From the NCBI GenBank assembly GCA_016930935.1, contig JAFGFT010000049.1, forward strand, positions 2,184-66,183: DNA of 64,000 nucleotides. The letters are read 5' to 3'. Below the pieces are notes generated by a model. The model was given only the letters and a program-made list of their open reading frames with translations, made no database searches and was not told where the DNA came from. This DNA is from Dehalococcoidia bacterium (GTDB taxonomy: Bacteria; Chloroflexota; Dehalococcoidia; GIF9; AB-539-J10). Below, one piece after another: positions 18,809 to 27,999 of this stretch (its first letter is position 1; each line of letters starts with the position of its first letter). The translations under genes and the position numbers were made by a program.

Positions 18809-19456
18809 ATGTCAGACGCCGAACATCTGCAGGCACTGAAAGAAGCGATACTTACCATGGACCTTGAAGGCATCACGGCAGTTGCCCAGGCGGCGATGGA
18901 TGCGGGTGTTGACCCACAGGCTGCCATCACCGACGGCATGGTACCGGGCATGGTTGAGGTTGGTGAGAAGTTCGAGGAGGGAGAGTACTTCCTCTCAGAA
19001 CTTGTCGTGGCAGGAGAGGTCATGAAGGACGGCCTCAAGGTGATTGAGCCGTATATCAGCGCGGGTGCGACAGCAAGCACCAAGTCCAGGGCGGTCATTG
19101 CCACGGTTGAGGGCGATTCACACGATATCGGAAAGAACATCGTCGTCACTCTCCTGGGAGTCCAGGGTTTCGATGTTGAGGACCTTGGCATTGATGTACG
19201 TGCCGACGACATCGTGGAGAAAGTACGTGAACATAAGCCCGCAGTTGTGGCACTATCTGCGTTGCTGAGCACAACGATGCCGCATATGGGTGACGTTATC
19301 GAGGCTTTGAAGGCGGCCGGATTGCGTTCATCGGTCAAGGTGATTGTGGGAGGCTCTCCGGTCACGCCGGCATTTGCAGCCAGCATAGGTGCCGACCATT
19401 GTGCGGCGAACGCCATTGAAGGCGTGAACAAATGCGCGGAATGGGTCAAGAAGTAG
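18809..19456 (+). CDS. corrinoid (cobalamin-binding) methyl-carrier protein, MtaC/MtbC-like
   Basis: Start moved to ATG 18809 behind AGGAGGA. B12-binding signature DSHDIG (DxHxxG) ... SALLSTT (SxL) ... VIVGG, preceded by a helical cap domain. Confidence 0.85.
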   Translation: MSDAEHLQALKEAILTMDLEGITAVAQAAMDAGVDPQAAITDGMVPGMVEVGEKFEEGEYFLSELVVAGEVMKDGLKVIEPYISAGATASTKSRAVIATVEGDSHDIGKNIVVTLLGVQGFDVEDLGIDVRADDIVEKVREHKPAVVALSALLSTTMPHMGDVIEALKAAGLRSSVKVIVGGSPVTPAFAASIGADHCAANAIEGVNKCAEWVKK

Positions 19457-19470
19457 GAAGGGGGAAAACG

Positions 19471-20610
19471 ATGGCAGAGATGACGAGACGCGAACGCATA
19501 CTGACGGCAAGCCGCAAGGGGACTGCCGACCGGATTCCCTTCTTTCACAACTGGCGGCACTGTCAGCAGGGATGGGCCGAACGTGACTGCCGCAATCGAG
19601 GCATGGGGTTGAGCTGGGCCCGACCAAGCTACACATTCACGTGGCATGGTACCGAAGTGAGCGAAGTCGAGAAGACCTGGCATACCGGAACCCAGGAGAT
19701 ACGCCGCACCTATACGACGCCCGTGGGGAGCATTTCTCTTGTTGAGAAGCGGGACCCGGGTGTCTACCAGTGGCATGCCAACCGAAGCTGGCGTGATGTG
19801 ACTCCGTGGCAGACGGAACGCGCCATCAAGGCACCTGAGGACTACAAGGTCCTGAAGTACATGTATGAGAACCTGGAGATCAAGGCGGACTACTTTGCTC
19901 TCGAACAGGCGAAGGACTGGCTCGGCGAGGATGGCATGGTGTGGGACTGGGTGCCGCATGCAGGACTGCAACTGCTGATGATTGACTGGATAGGCAGCGA
20001 GGGTGGGCGCTTCTTCGTCCACCACGCCCGGTATCCAGAACTGGTTGATGAACTGTATGAGGTCATTTCGAAAGCCTACGAGCCATTGTGGCAGATTGCC
20101 GCAGGTTCTCCTGCGGACTTCTTCCTGTTGGCAGACAACATCGACGCCGTCCTGGTCAATCCACGGTTGTTCGAGAAGTACTTCATTCCAGAGTGGGCCA
20201 AGTGTTGCGACGCGCTTCATGCCGGTGGAAAGCTGGTTGGAGTCCACTGTGACGGGCGGCTTGCGCCCCTGAAAGACCTGATACCGCGGACGTCCATCGA
20301 CGTCATCGAAGCACTGCACGTGCCGCCGATGGGCGACCTGACCATCGGAGAGGCGCTCAAGTTGTGGCCGGACAAGGTTATCTGGACGGGCTTCCCCGGC
20401 TCCGTCTATACACTGGGACCGGAAGAGACGAAGAAGCAGGCGTTGAGTATGCTCAGGGATATAGGGACGGGCGAGCGAGTGTGCTTCGAGGTGTCCACGG
20501 AGAACCAGGTCTCCAACGAGAACATGGTAGCGCTGACGTCCGTCCTGGAGAATGCGGTACTGCCGCTCACGCCGGATGCGATTGATGCAATTGAGCGGGC
20601 CGTTCTCTAG
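19471..20610 (+). CDS. uroporphyrinogen-decarboxylase-family (URO-D/MtaA-like) methyltransferase
   Basis: Start moved to ATG 19471, 15 nt after the corrinoid gene stop. Length and C-terminal TIM-barrel-like pattern (ADNIDAVLVNPRLFEKYFIPEW, GVHCDG, IDVIEALH) fit the URO-D family. Judged by eye only. Confidence 0.55.
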   Translation: MAEMTRRERILTASRKGTADRIPFFHNWRHCQQGWAERDCRNRGMGLSWARPSYTFTWHGTEVSEVEKTWHTGTQEIRRTYTTPVGSISLVEKRDPGVYQWHANRSWRDVTPWQTERAIKAPEDYKVLKYMYENLEIKADYFALEQAKDWLGEDGMVWDWVPHAGLQLLMIDWIGSEGGRFFVHHARYPELVDELYEVISKAYEPLWQIAAGSPADFFLLADNIDAVLVNPRLFEKYFIPEWAKCCDALHAGGKLVGVHCDGRLAPLKDLIPRTSIDVIEALHVPPMGDLTIGEALKLWPDKVIWTGFPGSVYTLGPEETKKQALSMLRDIGTGERVCFEVSTENQVSNENMVALTSVLENAVLPLTPDAIDAIERAVL

Positions 20611-20635
20611 GAAGTGAACACGATCTGACCCGGTG

Positions 20636-20670
20636 ACGGGGTGGCTGCTGGCAGCCACCCCGTTTTCTTT
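20636..20670 (+). terminator. intrinsic terminator
   Basis: 13-bp stem ACGGGGTGGCTGC / GCAGCCACCCCGT followed by TTTTCTTT. Confidence 0.85.
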
Positions 20671-20927
20671 GTGAGACGCGGGGACTTCTTGCTTCGTGTT
20701 CCTATTCGCAGTGTCCCGACGTTGTTCGTCCGTTGTGCTACGCTGCATCCGAGGTTGCCTGCTCACGTACTGTGGAGTGCGGCATGGTTCGGTGCGTTTG
20801 GCGTTCGTAGTATTGTCAAATGTAAACTGCACTGAAATCGGGGTGGTGGTTTGTTGTTTTCAGCCCTTGGGGGGCGTGAACTGGCCATTGACCATAGCGC
20901 TGGACGCGCGGAGATGAAGGCACACAA

Positions 20928-21332
20928 ATGATGTCAGGATTTGGCGTTCTCATGTTTGCAGTGATGCTGATTCCCGGCATCGTTGTCATTGCGATCGGGG
21001 TGGTCGGGCTGCGTCGCGCACGCAACGTTATGAGGCGTGGTCTTTCCTGGCTGGCGATTGCAGCGGGCCTCTGGATGGAGGTGATTCAGGTAGTGGGGGT
21101 TCTCCCCTATGAACTGCCGGACAGCACGCTTCCTCTTCTCGCCGTGATTGGCTTTGGTGTGGCAGGGTTCATCTTCTGGGTAACGGTGCTTGTCGACTGC
21201 CTGAAGAATGAGACGCGGAAGGGCAGCACTCGACGTGCCTGGGCAACTGCAATCGTGTTTACACTGGTAGTTGGCGCGCTGTTGTACTGCCTGGTGCGGC
21301 GCCCAAAGAGGCTGGTGGAACTGGGTCAATGA
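20928..21332 (+). CDS. small 4-TM membrane protein with PLD-nuclease-N-terminal-like (PLDc_N) motif
   Basis: FWVTVLVDCLKNE...RRAWATAIVFTLVVGALLYCLVRRPKR. Paralogue of 21657..22058. Confidence 0.7.
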   Translation: MMSGFGVLMFAVMLIPGIVVIAIGVVGLRRARNVMRRGLSWLAIAAGLWMEVIQVVGVLPYELPDSTLPLLAVIGFGVAGFIFWVTVLVDCLKNETRKGSTRRAWATAIVFTLVVGALLYCLVRRPKRLVELGQ

Positions 21333-21656
21333 AGTACGGATTGTGTCCTTCGTCGAAGGATGCGTGAGAAAGATGTCGCCGCAGAAGACATCATGCTTGT
21401 GGCACAGGGCGTACTTGTGATAGTGTGCGCGCGGACCGTACGTATCGGCACGGTTCCGCAGAGTCATGGCGGGCTGAGTTTCCAACTGCAGGTTGTTTCG
21501 CCGCGCAATCGCGCCACCTGACTTGCTTTTGGCTGTGTTGGGGGACCGGTACTGCCTGTTCGTGCGTTTAATCGCATGTGCTCCGGTGAGCTTTATGAGG
21601 GGGAAATTCGCTGCCACGAAGGAGTTCACTCGCACGTGTGGAGACGGAGGTAACTG

Positions 21657-22058
21657 ATGGCTGCACTGGGAGTGCTGATATTCACCGGGTTGCTCGCACC
21701 TGGCATTGTACTTATTGTGGGTGGAGTGCTTGGCGTGCGTCGCTCACGTGACGTCATGAAGCGATTGCTGTCGTGGATTGCGATAGTCCTTGGGGTAGCC
21801 ATAGAGATAGTCCTCGTCATCGATTTGGCCACTCACAGGGCACCGTGGAATGTACTGGGTGTTGTGGCAGCGGTGGGTCTCGCTCTTGCCGCTTTCATCT
21901 TCTGGGTGATGGTACTTGCCGACTGCCTGATGAACGAGACCCGTGAGGGGAATGAGCGGCTTGTCTGGGCACTCGTTATCGTGTTCACATCGGTGGTCGG
22001 TGCCGGACTGTACTACGGCCTTCGTCGGCCGAAGAGAGTGGCCGAACTGACCGCGTAG
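21657..22058 (+). CDS. small 4-TM membrane protein with PLDc_N-like motif (paralogue)
   Basis: GGAGACGGAGG SD. FWVMVLADCLMNE...LVWALVIVFTSVVGAGLYYGLRRPKR. Same length and topology as 20928..21332. Confidence 0.7.
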   Translation: MAALGVLIFTGLLAPGIVLIVGGVLGVRRSRDVMKRLLSWIAIVLGVAIEIVLVIDLATHRAPWNVLGVVAAVGLALAAFIFWVMVLADCLMNETREGNERLVWALVIVFTSVVGAGLYYGLRRPKRVAELTA

Positions 22059-22203
22059 GGGCGTGATTGCCGTGTGCAATCGTCCGAAGGTGGATGGGGC
22101 ATGCCATCATTGCCTTAAGGCCAGCATGGCCGCAATGCAGAAGCAGGCGTATCGCGAATACGGCCAGACAACTGCGGACATTTCAGGGCGGAGACCTTAT
22201 GCG

Positions 22204-24267
22204 TCAATCCAGTAGTATCCGTGCGTCCACCGCGTACAGGTCAGAGCCTGTTCCCTTCACCGGGTTGAGATCCATCTCCCGTATCTGCGGGAAGTCAGTG
22301 ACCAGTAATCCCACGCGTATGAGCCAGTCCTCCAGTACGTCAGTGTCCATGCCTTTCTGTCCTCGGACGCCCTTGATGAGTTTCAGGGACTTCGTTGAGA
22401 TGAGCATGTTCGTTGCTTCTTCCCGTGAAAGCGGAGCAAGGCAGAAATTGACGTCCTTGAGGGCCTCCGTGTAGATGCCGCCAAGGCCGAATGCAACCAG
22501 GTGGCCGTATCCTTCCTCCCTGTTGGCGCCGATGAGAACCTCTGTGCCCTGCACCATCTGCTGTATCAGCACCCCTGTCGCGCCCTCTATCCGCATGAGT
22601 GCGTCTCTTGTGGTGTGTGCCTGCTCCAGCGTCTCGATGCCGAGTTTCACGCCGCCGACGTCGCTCTTGTGCAGCGGACCCACCACTTTCATCACCCACG
22701 GGAAGGGGATGTTCAGCGCCTTCATGTCTGTCTGTGGACCTGTCTCTGCCGAAGCAGGTGTCTTGATGCCGGCGGCGGACAGAATGGCCACAGCCCTATC
22801 CGGCGTCAGCGTGCCTGCGGCTCCGGAGAACAGAGACTTCAGGCGGGCACGGTCGTAGCCCGGGAGATTGACAACAGGCTCGGTCACTCTCGGTCTGTTT
22901 ACCACTCGGCCAAGGGCGCGGGCCATGTCGACCTCGTCATCGAAATAACAGCGCCCCGTCTCCCGAAGCCTGGCGAGGGGCTCCTGTGCCGATGTGGGGG
23001 AGAGAAAGCACTGCAGGATGGGCATGCCGCCTTCATCCTGCGCCTTCATGATGGTCTGGAGCAGCGCCCATGTGTCGGAAAGACCGGATTCACCATCGAT
23101 GAGCAGGACGTAGTCGACATTGGCTGCTTCTTCCTCGGCAATGATGTTGAGCACCGCGCCGATGCTTTCCGCGTTTCTTGTCGGGAGGCAGTCCACGGGG
23201 TTACCCACCCCCGCGCCTGCGGGGAGCGCCTCTGCGAGCCGCATCTTCGTACGTTCCGTGAACGCCGGTACCTCGAAGCCCTGCCTGTTCAACTCATCCG
23301 AGAGCATGACACCGGGTCCCCCTGCGTCACTGACGACGGCGACACGGTGTCCGTCGAGCTTGTTGCCCATGCTGATGAGGGCTGTGGCAACGTCTATGAG
23401 TTCCATCCTGGAATGCACCCTGATGATGCCCGCTTTGTCGAACAACGCCTGCACAGCGGTGTCGCTTGTGGCCATGGCGCCGGTGTGGCTGGCAGCCGCC
23501 CTGCGGCCCGCTTCCGTGGAGCCTGACTTGATGCCGGTCAGCAGACAGCCCTTGTTGCTTAGGCTGCGCGCGTGTGCAAGGAACTCCTGAGGCCTGTTCA
23601 GAACTTCGATGTACAGGAGTTTGATGTGCGAACTATCAGGTCCGTGCTCTTCGTCATATAGCCGGAGCAGGTCGGTCACGCCGGTCTGTGCGGAGTTGCC
23701 GACGTTGAGGAGCGAATCAAATGGCAGGCCACGGGCAGTTGCGTTTTCGTACACGAAATCCACCGTTGCCCCCGAGCCACTGAGGAAATCCACGCCGCCC
23801 CTCCTGCTCCTTGGCGGCAGGCCGCTGAACTTGCTTGCGTGGGTGTGTGACACGATGCCGGAGCAGTTCGGTCCGATGAGCAGCATGCCATGCTCGTTCG
23901 CTATCTCGACCAGGCGGCGCTCCTCCTCCCTTCCCTCTTCGCTTACCTCGCCGAAGCCGTTGCTGAGCACCACGACGGCTTTCGCACCCTTCTCTGCGAG
24001 TGCTTCCAGTGACTTCTTCACCAGTCTGGCGGGTATGGCGATGAAGGATAGCTCCGGACCCACTGGCAGGTCGTTGATGGATGAGTAGGTCTTGACGCCC
24101 TGCACGGAGTCGCTCTTCGGATTCACGAGCAGCAGTTGACCTTCATAGCCGCGCAGGAGGATATTCCGGACCAGGAGGCCGCCGGGCTTCGAAAGGTCCT
24201 CGCTGGCGCCAATGACGGCGATGCTCTTCGGCTCAAGCAGCGTATGCAGTGTTGCTTCAGTTCTCAT
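22204..24267 (-). CDS. ADP-forming acetyl/acyl-CoA synthetase (fused alpha-beta, NDP-forming family)
   Basis: 687 aa. CoA-binding N-terminus SIAVIGASEDLSKPGG, succinyl-CoA-synthetase-like middle region, C-terminal ATG-grasp region VMKVVGPLHKSDVGGV. Confidence 0.85.
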   Translation of the reverse strand: MRTEATLHTLLEPKSIAVIGASEDLSKPGGLLVRNILLRGYEGQLLLVNPKSDSVQGVKTYSSINDLPVGPELSFIAIPARLVKKSLEALAEKGAKAVVVLSNGFGEVSEEGREEERRLVEIANEHGMLLIGPNCSGIVSHTHASKFSGLPPRSRRGGVDFLSGSGATVDFVYENATARGLPFDSLLNVGNSAQTGVTDLLRLYDEEHGPDSSHIKLLYIEVLNRPQEFLAHARSLSNKGCLLTGIKSGSTEAGRRAAASHTGAMATSDTAVQALFDKAGIIRVHSRMELIDVATALISMGNKLDGHRVAVVSDAGGPGVMLSDELNRQGFEVPAFTERTKMRLAEALPAGAGVGNPVDCLPTRNAESIGAVLNIIAEEEAANVDYVLLIDGESGLSDTWALLQTIMKAQDEGGMPILQCFLSPTSAQEPLARLRETGRCYFDDEVDMARALGRVVNRPRVTEPVVNLPGYDRARLKSLFSGAAGTLTPDRAVAILSAAGIKTPASAETGPQTDMKALNIPFPWVMKVVGPLHKSDVGGVKLGIETLEQAHTTRDALMRIEGATGVLIQQMVQGTEVLIGANREEGYGHLVAFGLGGIYTEALKDVNFCLAPLSREEATNMLISTKSLKLIKGVRGQKGMDTDVLEDWLIRVGLLVTDFPQIREMDLNPVKGTGSDLYAVDARILLD

Positions 24268-24284
24268 GTCTTCTCTCCGCGGAC

Positions 24285-24311
24285 ATGGGGAGGATATCAG
24301 ACCCTCCCCAT
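24285..24311 (-). other. intercistronic 9-bp stem-loop between the ior and acd genes
   Basis: ATGGGGAGG (9-nt loop) CCTCCCCAT in the 77-nt spacer. Confidence 0.5.
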
Positions 24312-24344
24312 GCCTCCTCTCCTTTCGGGGATACTGAAGGGCGT

Positions 24345-26855
24345 CTAGAGCCCTGCAGGCTGCGCCATGCTTCTGCCGGCATTGAACGCAGCATAGTTTG
24401 CTGCCCAGATTTCAGGCCTGGAGTTTGCTCTCCTTAATGCCTCGTGCCACAACTCTGTGGGGAAGACGTCGAAGGGGCCGATTGTGCTCAGGAGCCCCAG
24501 CATCACCACGTTGGCCATGCGGCCTGTCGGGTCGCCGAGCTTGAGCGCTGTCGCCAGGACGTCCAGTCGCTTGACAGTGTAGCCGCTGAGAGCGCTGTCC
24601 ATCTGCTTGTTGGTGGGATACTTGTCTGCAGCAAATCCCACCGGGAGTATCCTGGTGTTCGCCATGAGTATCGTCCCGCCCGGCTTCAGCATCTCCAGGA
24701 ATCCTTCACGCAGGACGGCAGCCTGCTCAAGCGCGATGAGTACGTCGGCGGTGCCTGGCATAAGGATAGGACTGACCACATTGCCACAGGCGAATGTGCT
24801 TATGACGGGGCCTCCCATCTGTGCCATGCCGTGAGTCTCACCCTTTACTATATTGGACTGGCCGTAGCCTGCCAGGAAGGCGAGACCTGTGAGAATGCGC
24901 CCGAAGAAGATGTTGCCCTGACCTCCAACACCGCGTATCGCGAGTGAGAGCTTGTCGGGAAGCGATGATACAGGCATCTCAGGCAGTGCCACTCCTGTAG
25001 GAGGGGTTGGGAATTGTGGTGCAGTCGGGCGGTCGAGTTCAGTGATATCCACCGCCTTCAAGGCCCCGAAGGGGCACATCTGGACGCACGACGGCGTGTG
25101 GCCGCCGCAGCCGGAGCAGAGCTGGTTGATTACCGGAACGCCGTCAGGGCCTTTCTCTATCCCGGAGCAGATAAGGCAGAGGCCACATTGCTTGCAGAGT
25201 TCGGGGTCCGCAACGACTCGCTGCGTACTGGTGGCACTCTGTCTGAGACACTGTCCCTCTTGAATTACGATAGTGGAGAATGTGCCGGTCTCGGCGTCCG
25301 CCAGCGCTGATGTGAGCGCCTCATGTATTGCCTTGCGGTCGTATGCCGCAACCAGTGTCACTTTGGCGCCGTGGGCTGCAAGGCTTCCCGGCAGGTCAAA
25401 GCGCATCTTCTCTCCGGCCAGGTTGACCGGAGATGTGGGTGATGGCTGGCCGCCGGTCATGGCTGTGTATGCGTTGTCAAGAATCACCTTTACGCCGGGA
25501 ATGTTTCGGTAGATTGCATTCCGGGTAGCGGCCATGCCGGTGTGACACTCAGTACTGTCTCCCACTATAGCGAGGGAGCGGGATGCTTCCTCAGGGCGGG
25601 AAAGCGTCAGCCCCTGGCGCATCCCCTCGCTGGCGCCCATGGCCAGGCTGGTGTCAGTGACGTTGAGGAAGTACAGGAGGGCGTTGCACCCGATGTCGCC
25701 GAAGACTGCGTCGATGAGTCCCTTCTTGCGCATCGCCGCGGCTTCCTGTGCGAAGAGCCGGTATGGACAGCCCGCGCAGATGGCGGGAGGGCGGGGTATG
25801 GCCGGGACGTCATGTCTCGCGTGTTTGAGTTCGAAGCCGAGTCGTGCTGCAACGAGGGCCGGTGACCACTCGGTCAGCGGGTCATTGGGTTCCTTCCCCT
25901 CCACCTTCAGGCCATTCTGCAGGATTGCCTCCTGCACGTAACGGTAGCCGTCCTCGATGACGATGACCGGGCCGTCTATGGATTCGCAGAATCGGCGGAT
26001 GAGGTTCATCGGTAGTGGATTCGTGAATGCGAGTGAGAGCACGTCGATATCGGGTGCGAGCGATTCCTTCACCTCCCTCACGTACATGTCGCATATGCTG
26101 TACGTGATGACTCCCATCTTTCCTGCGCCCTTCTCCCATCTGTTCAAGGGACTGTTCTCCACCATCTTGGTGAGTGCGGGAGTGCGTGTGGTGACAGCCC
26201 TGTCATAGTCGGCGCGGGCAACGTTGGGCATCACGGCGAACGCCTTGAGGTTTGTGGGCATCTCCATCGGTGCGCGTGACTGCGGCTCCATCATGTGCAC
26301 AAGTCCTTCACTGTGGCAAAGCACACCGCTTGGCATGACGACGATCTGAGTTCTGTATTTTCGTGCAATCTCCACCGCGAGGGCGGCTGACTCGTGAAGT
26401 TCCTGGTGATTGCGCGGCTCGAGCACGGGCAGAAAACAGCTCTTATAGAGATAGCGGGGGTCGATGACATGCTGGGTGGCACTCGGGATGAAGTCGGTCG
26501 CGATATAGTACACGAGACCGGCCCTGTCGCCCGAGTAGAACGAACCACTCGTGAAGACATCGGCAGCCTGAAACAGCCCCGGTGTCTTCATGGTGACCAC
26601 GCAATCGTGGCCTGCGATGGTGTGTCCTTGCCCGACGGCCGCAGCGACGGCCTCGTTGACTGACCAACCGACCGTGATGAGGTCCTGCACCTGGGAGAGT
26701 CCACGGTGGATTACCTCCGTGCTGGGCGTACCGGGGTAGCCATCGGCCGCGTGGATTCCCCCTCGGACGCAGCCCACGGCAAATGCGATGTTGCCTTGCA
26801 GTACTTCGGTCTGTCCTGTGGGAGCAAGACAGAGTTCCCTTATCTGATTAGCCAT
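24345..26855 (-). CDS. indolepyruvate:ferredoxin oxidoreductase, IorA-IorB fusion
   Basis: Start moved to ATG 26855 (MANQIRELC) behind GGAAGGAGAC. Motifs GYPGTPSTE, TPP motif GDSTECHTG, and ferredoxin insert CKQCGLCLIC...CSGCGG...CVQMCP. The C-terminal 200 aa LAIRGVGGQGNIFFG...GETHGMAQMGGPV is the IorB/gamma-type domain. Confidence 0.85.
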   Translation of the reverse strand: MANQIRELCLAPTGQTEVLQGNIAFAVGCVRGGIHAADGYPGTPSTEVIHRGLSQVQDLITVGWSVNEAVAAAVGQGHTIAGHDCVVTMKTPGLFQAADVFTSGSFYSGDRAGLVYYIATDFIPSATQHVIDPRYLYKSCFLPVLEPRNHQELHESAALAVEIARKYRTQIVVMPSGVLCHSEGLVHMMEPQSRAPMEMPTNLKAFAVMPNVARADYDRAVTTRTPALTKMVENSPLNRWEKGAGKMGVITYSICDMYVREVKESLAPDIDVLSLAFTNPLPMNLIRRFCESIDGPVIVIEDGYRYVQEAILQNGLKVEGKEPNDPLTEWSPALVAARLGFELKHARHDVPAIPRPPAICAGCPYRLFAQEAAAMRKKGLIDAVFGDIGCNALLYFLNVTDTSLAMGASEGMRQGLTLSRPEEASRSLAIVGDSTECHTGMAATRNAIYRNIPGVKVILDNAYTAMTGGQPSPTSPVNLAGEKMRFDLPGSLAAHGAKVTLVAAYDRKAIHEALTSALADAETGTFSTIVIQEGQCLRQSATSTQRVVADPELCKQCGLCLICSGIEKGPDGVPVINQLCSGCGGHTPSCVQMCPFGALKAVDITELDRPTAPQFPTPPTGVALPEMPVSSLPDKLSLAIRGVGGQGNIFFGRILTGLAFLAGYGQSNIVKGETHGMAQMGGPVISTFACGNVVSPILMPGTADVLIALEQAAVLREGFLEMLKPGGTILMANTRILPVGFAADKYPTNKQMDSALSGYTVKRLDVLATALKLGDPTGRMANVVMLGLLSTIGPFDVFPTELWHEALRRANSRPEIWAANYAAFNAGRSMAQPAGL

Positions 26856-27783
26856 GCGGAGTCTCCTTCCTATCTGAATATCTGAGGTGGCGCGCGTGGT
26901 CCCCAGGTGAAGATAGCGAATCCTGAGGCGACACAACAGGGGAATGGGAGCAAGGTTCTGAACGCGCCGATATGGTTGCTGAGGTCCGTGCGACTGGCGG
27001 TGACGTGGTGGCGGTATTCGGGTTGTGGCCGGTTTCACCGCCTTCTTGAACTGACGCCTCGGATGACGATGGAGCGTCATATTGCGGGGAGGTATCATCC
27101 TTACCGGCTTCAGTGATTTGAGCGGATGTTCGGCCCAGGAGCCCGTCTCTTCTTCTGCGGATGTGTTCCGCCATGCGCTGCTCGGCAGTTGTGCCATCCT
27201 GTCGGGAGATGGCATCGTATATCTGCCCGTGTTCCTTGAGTGCGAGGGCAGATGTCCTTGTGTGTGCCTTCTGGATGGATGCGACCCTGGCAATTGCGAT
27301 GCAATTGTCCAGCCGCTCTCGTGCCTGCGCGAGCATACGGTTTCCTGCAATGGAGGCAATTATCTCGTGGAACTGACTGTCTAGTTCCATCAGGGAGTCA
27401 TAGTCATTGGCCTTCAGGGCTGCCTCGAAAGAACTCAGGCTGTCCTTGAGAGCGTGGACATCGCTCCCGGCGGCTCTTTCGGCTGCCAGTCGTGCCAACT
27501 GCGGTTCGATGATCTCCCGTGCTTCGTAGAGGTCGATAATCTCGTCATGGGAGAGGCGTGTCACGTACATCCCTGTTCTGCCGCTCGTGGCTGCAAGTCC
27601 ATCGCTGACAAGCCGGCCGAGTGCCTCTCTGACCGGTGTCTTGCTGGTGCCGAGTTGAAGCGCCAACTCTGCTTCCTGCAGACGTGTGCCGGGTGGGATG
27701 TGTCCCATTCGAATGCCCGTGCGGATGGCGGAATAGGCCGCATCCGCGAACTTGCCGTGGGTTCGTATCGGGTCCAGACTCAT
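26848..27783 (-). CDS. GntR-family (FadR/FCD subfamily) transcriptional regulator with about 95-aa low-complexity tail
   Basis: wHTH LGTSKTPVREALGRLVSDGL and FCD region FHEIIASIAGNRML. The stop overlaps the ior ATG by 8 nt (ATGGCTAA). Confidence 0.85.
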   Translation of the reverse strand: MSLDPIRTHGKFADAAYSAIRTGIRMGHIPPGTRLQEAELALQLGTSKTPVREALGRLVSDGLAATSGRTGMYVTRLSHDEIIDLYEAREIIEPQLARLAAERAAGSDVHALKDSLSSFEAALKANDYDSLMELDSQFHEIIASIAGNRMLAQARERLDNCIAIARVASIQKAHTRTSALALKEHGQIYDAISRQDGTTAEQRMAEHIRRRRDGLLGRTSAQITEAGKDDTSPQYDAPSSSEASVQEGGETGHNPNTATTSPPVARTSATISARSEPCSHSPVVSPQDSLSSPGDHARHLRYSDRKETPHG

Positions 27784-27808
27784 TGTAGTGCCCCTCTTGG
27801 GTGCTCCC

Positions 27809-27831
27809 TGCCCTGAGGGGGCATCAGGGCA
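27809..27831. promoter_or_regulatory. perfect 8-bp inverted repeat, candidate operator
   Basis: TGCCCTGA N7 TCAGGGCA, 26-48 nt upstream of the GntR start codon. Confidence 0.35.
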
Positions 27832-27999
27832 AGGAGCGGGAAATATATTTATATCTATTTTTAGCCCTCATGCGCCGTCTTGTCAATAGGTTGTGCGGGT
27901 TGCTTCGTACCCGGGCTGGTCCTGTGTTCGCGATGATTGGAAGGGGCTCTCGTTTGGGTCTGGCAGTAGGTATCATGGTTGCAGTCGTGGCTTGAGTAG

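Noticed and set aside
18622-20832. 736-aa minus-strand ORF, the longest unassigned ORF in the track
   Set aside because: It lies exactly antisense to the corrinoid and URO-D genes, which have clear family motifs, SD boxes, a promoter and a terminator. Its product is Arg/Pro/His/Ser-rich with no motif. This is a typical shadow ORF of GC-rich DNA.
20934-21635. 233-aa minus ORF spanning the spacer between the PLDc_N paralogues, considered as a degraded transposase
   Set aside because: Most of it is antisense to paralogue 1. I could find no HUH, DDE or other transposase motif.
22501-23526. 341-aa plus-strand ORF and neighbouring plus-strand ORFs at 22.4-24.1 kb
   Set aside because: Antisense to the ADP-forming acyl-CoA synthetase gene.
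26856-27359. 168-codon N-terminal extension of the IOR ORF (track start 27359)
   Set aside because: The extension overlaps the GntR gene in another frame, is Arg/Pro/His-rich, and lacks similarity to IorA. ATG 26855 has an SD and starts the conserved region.
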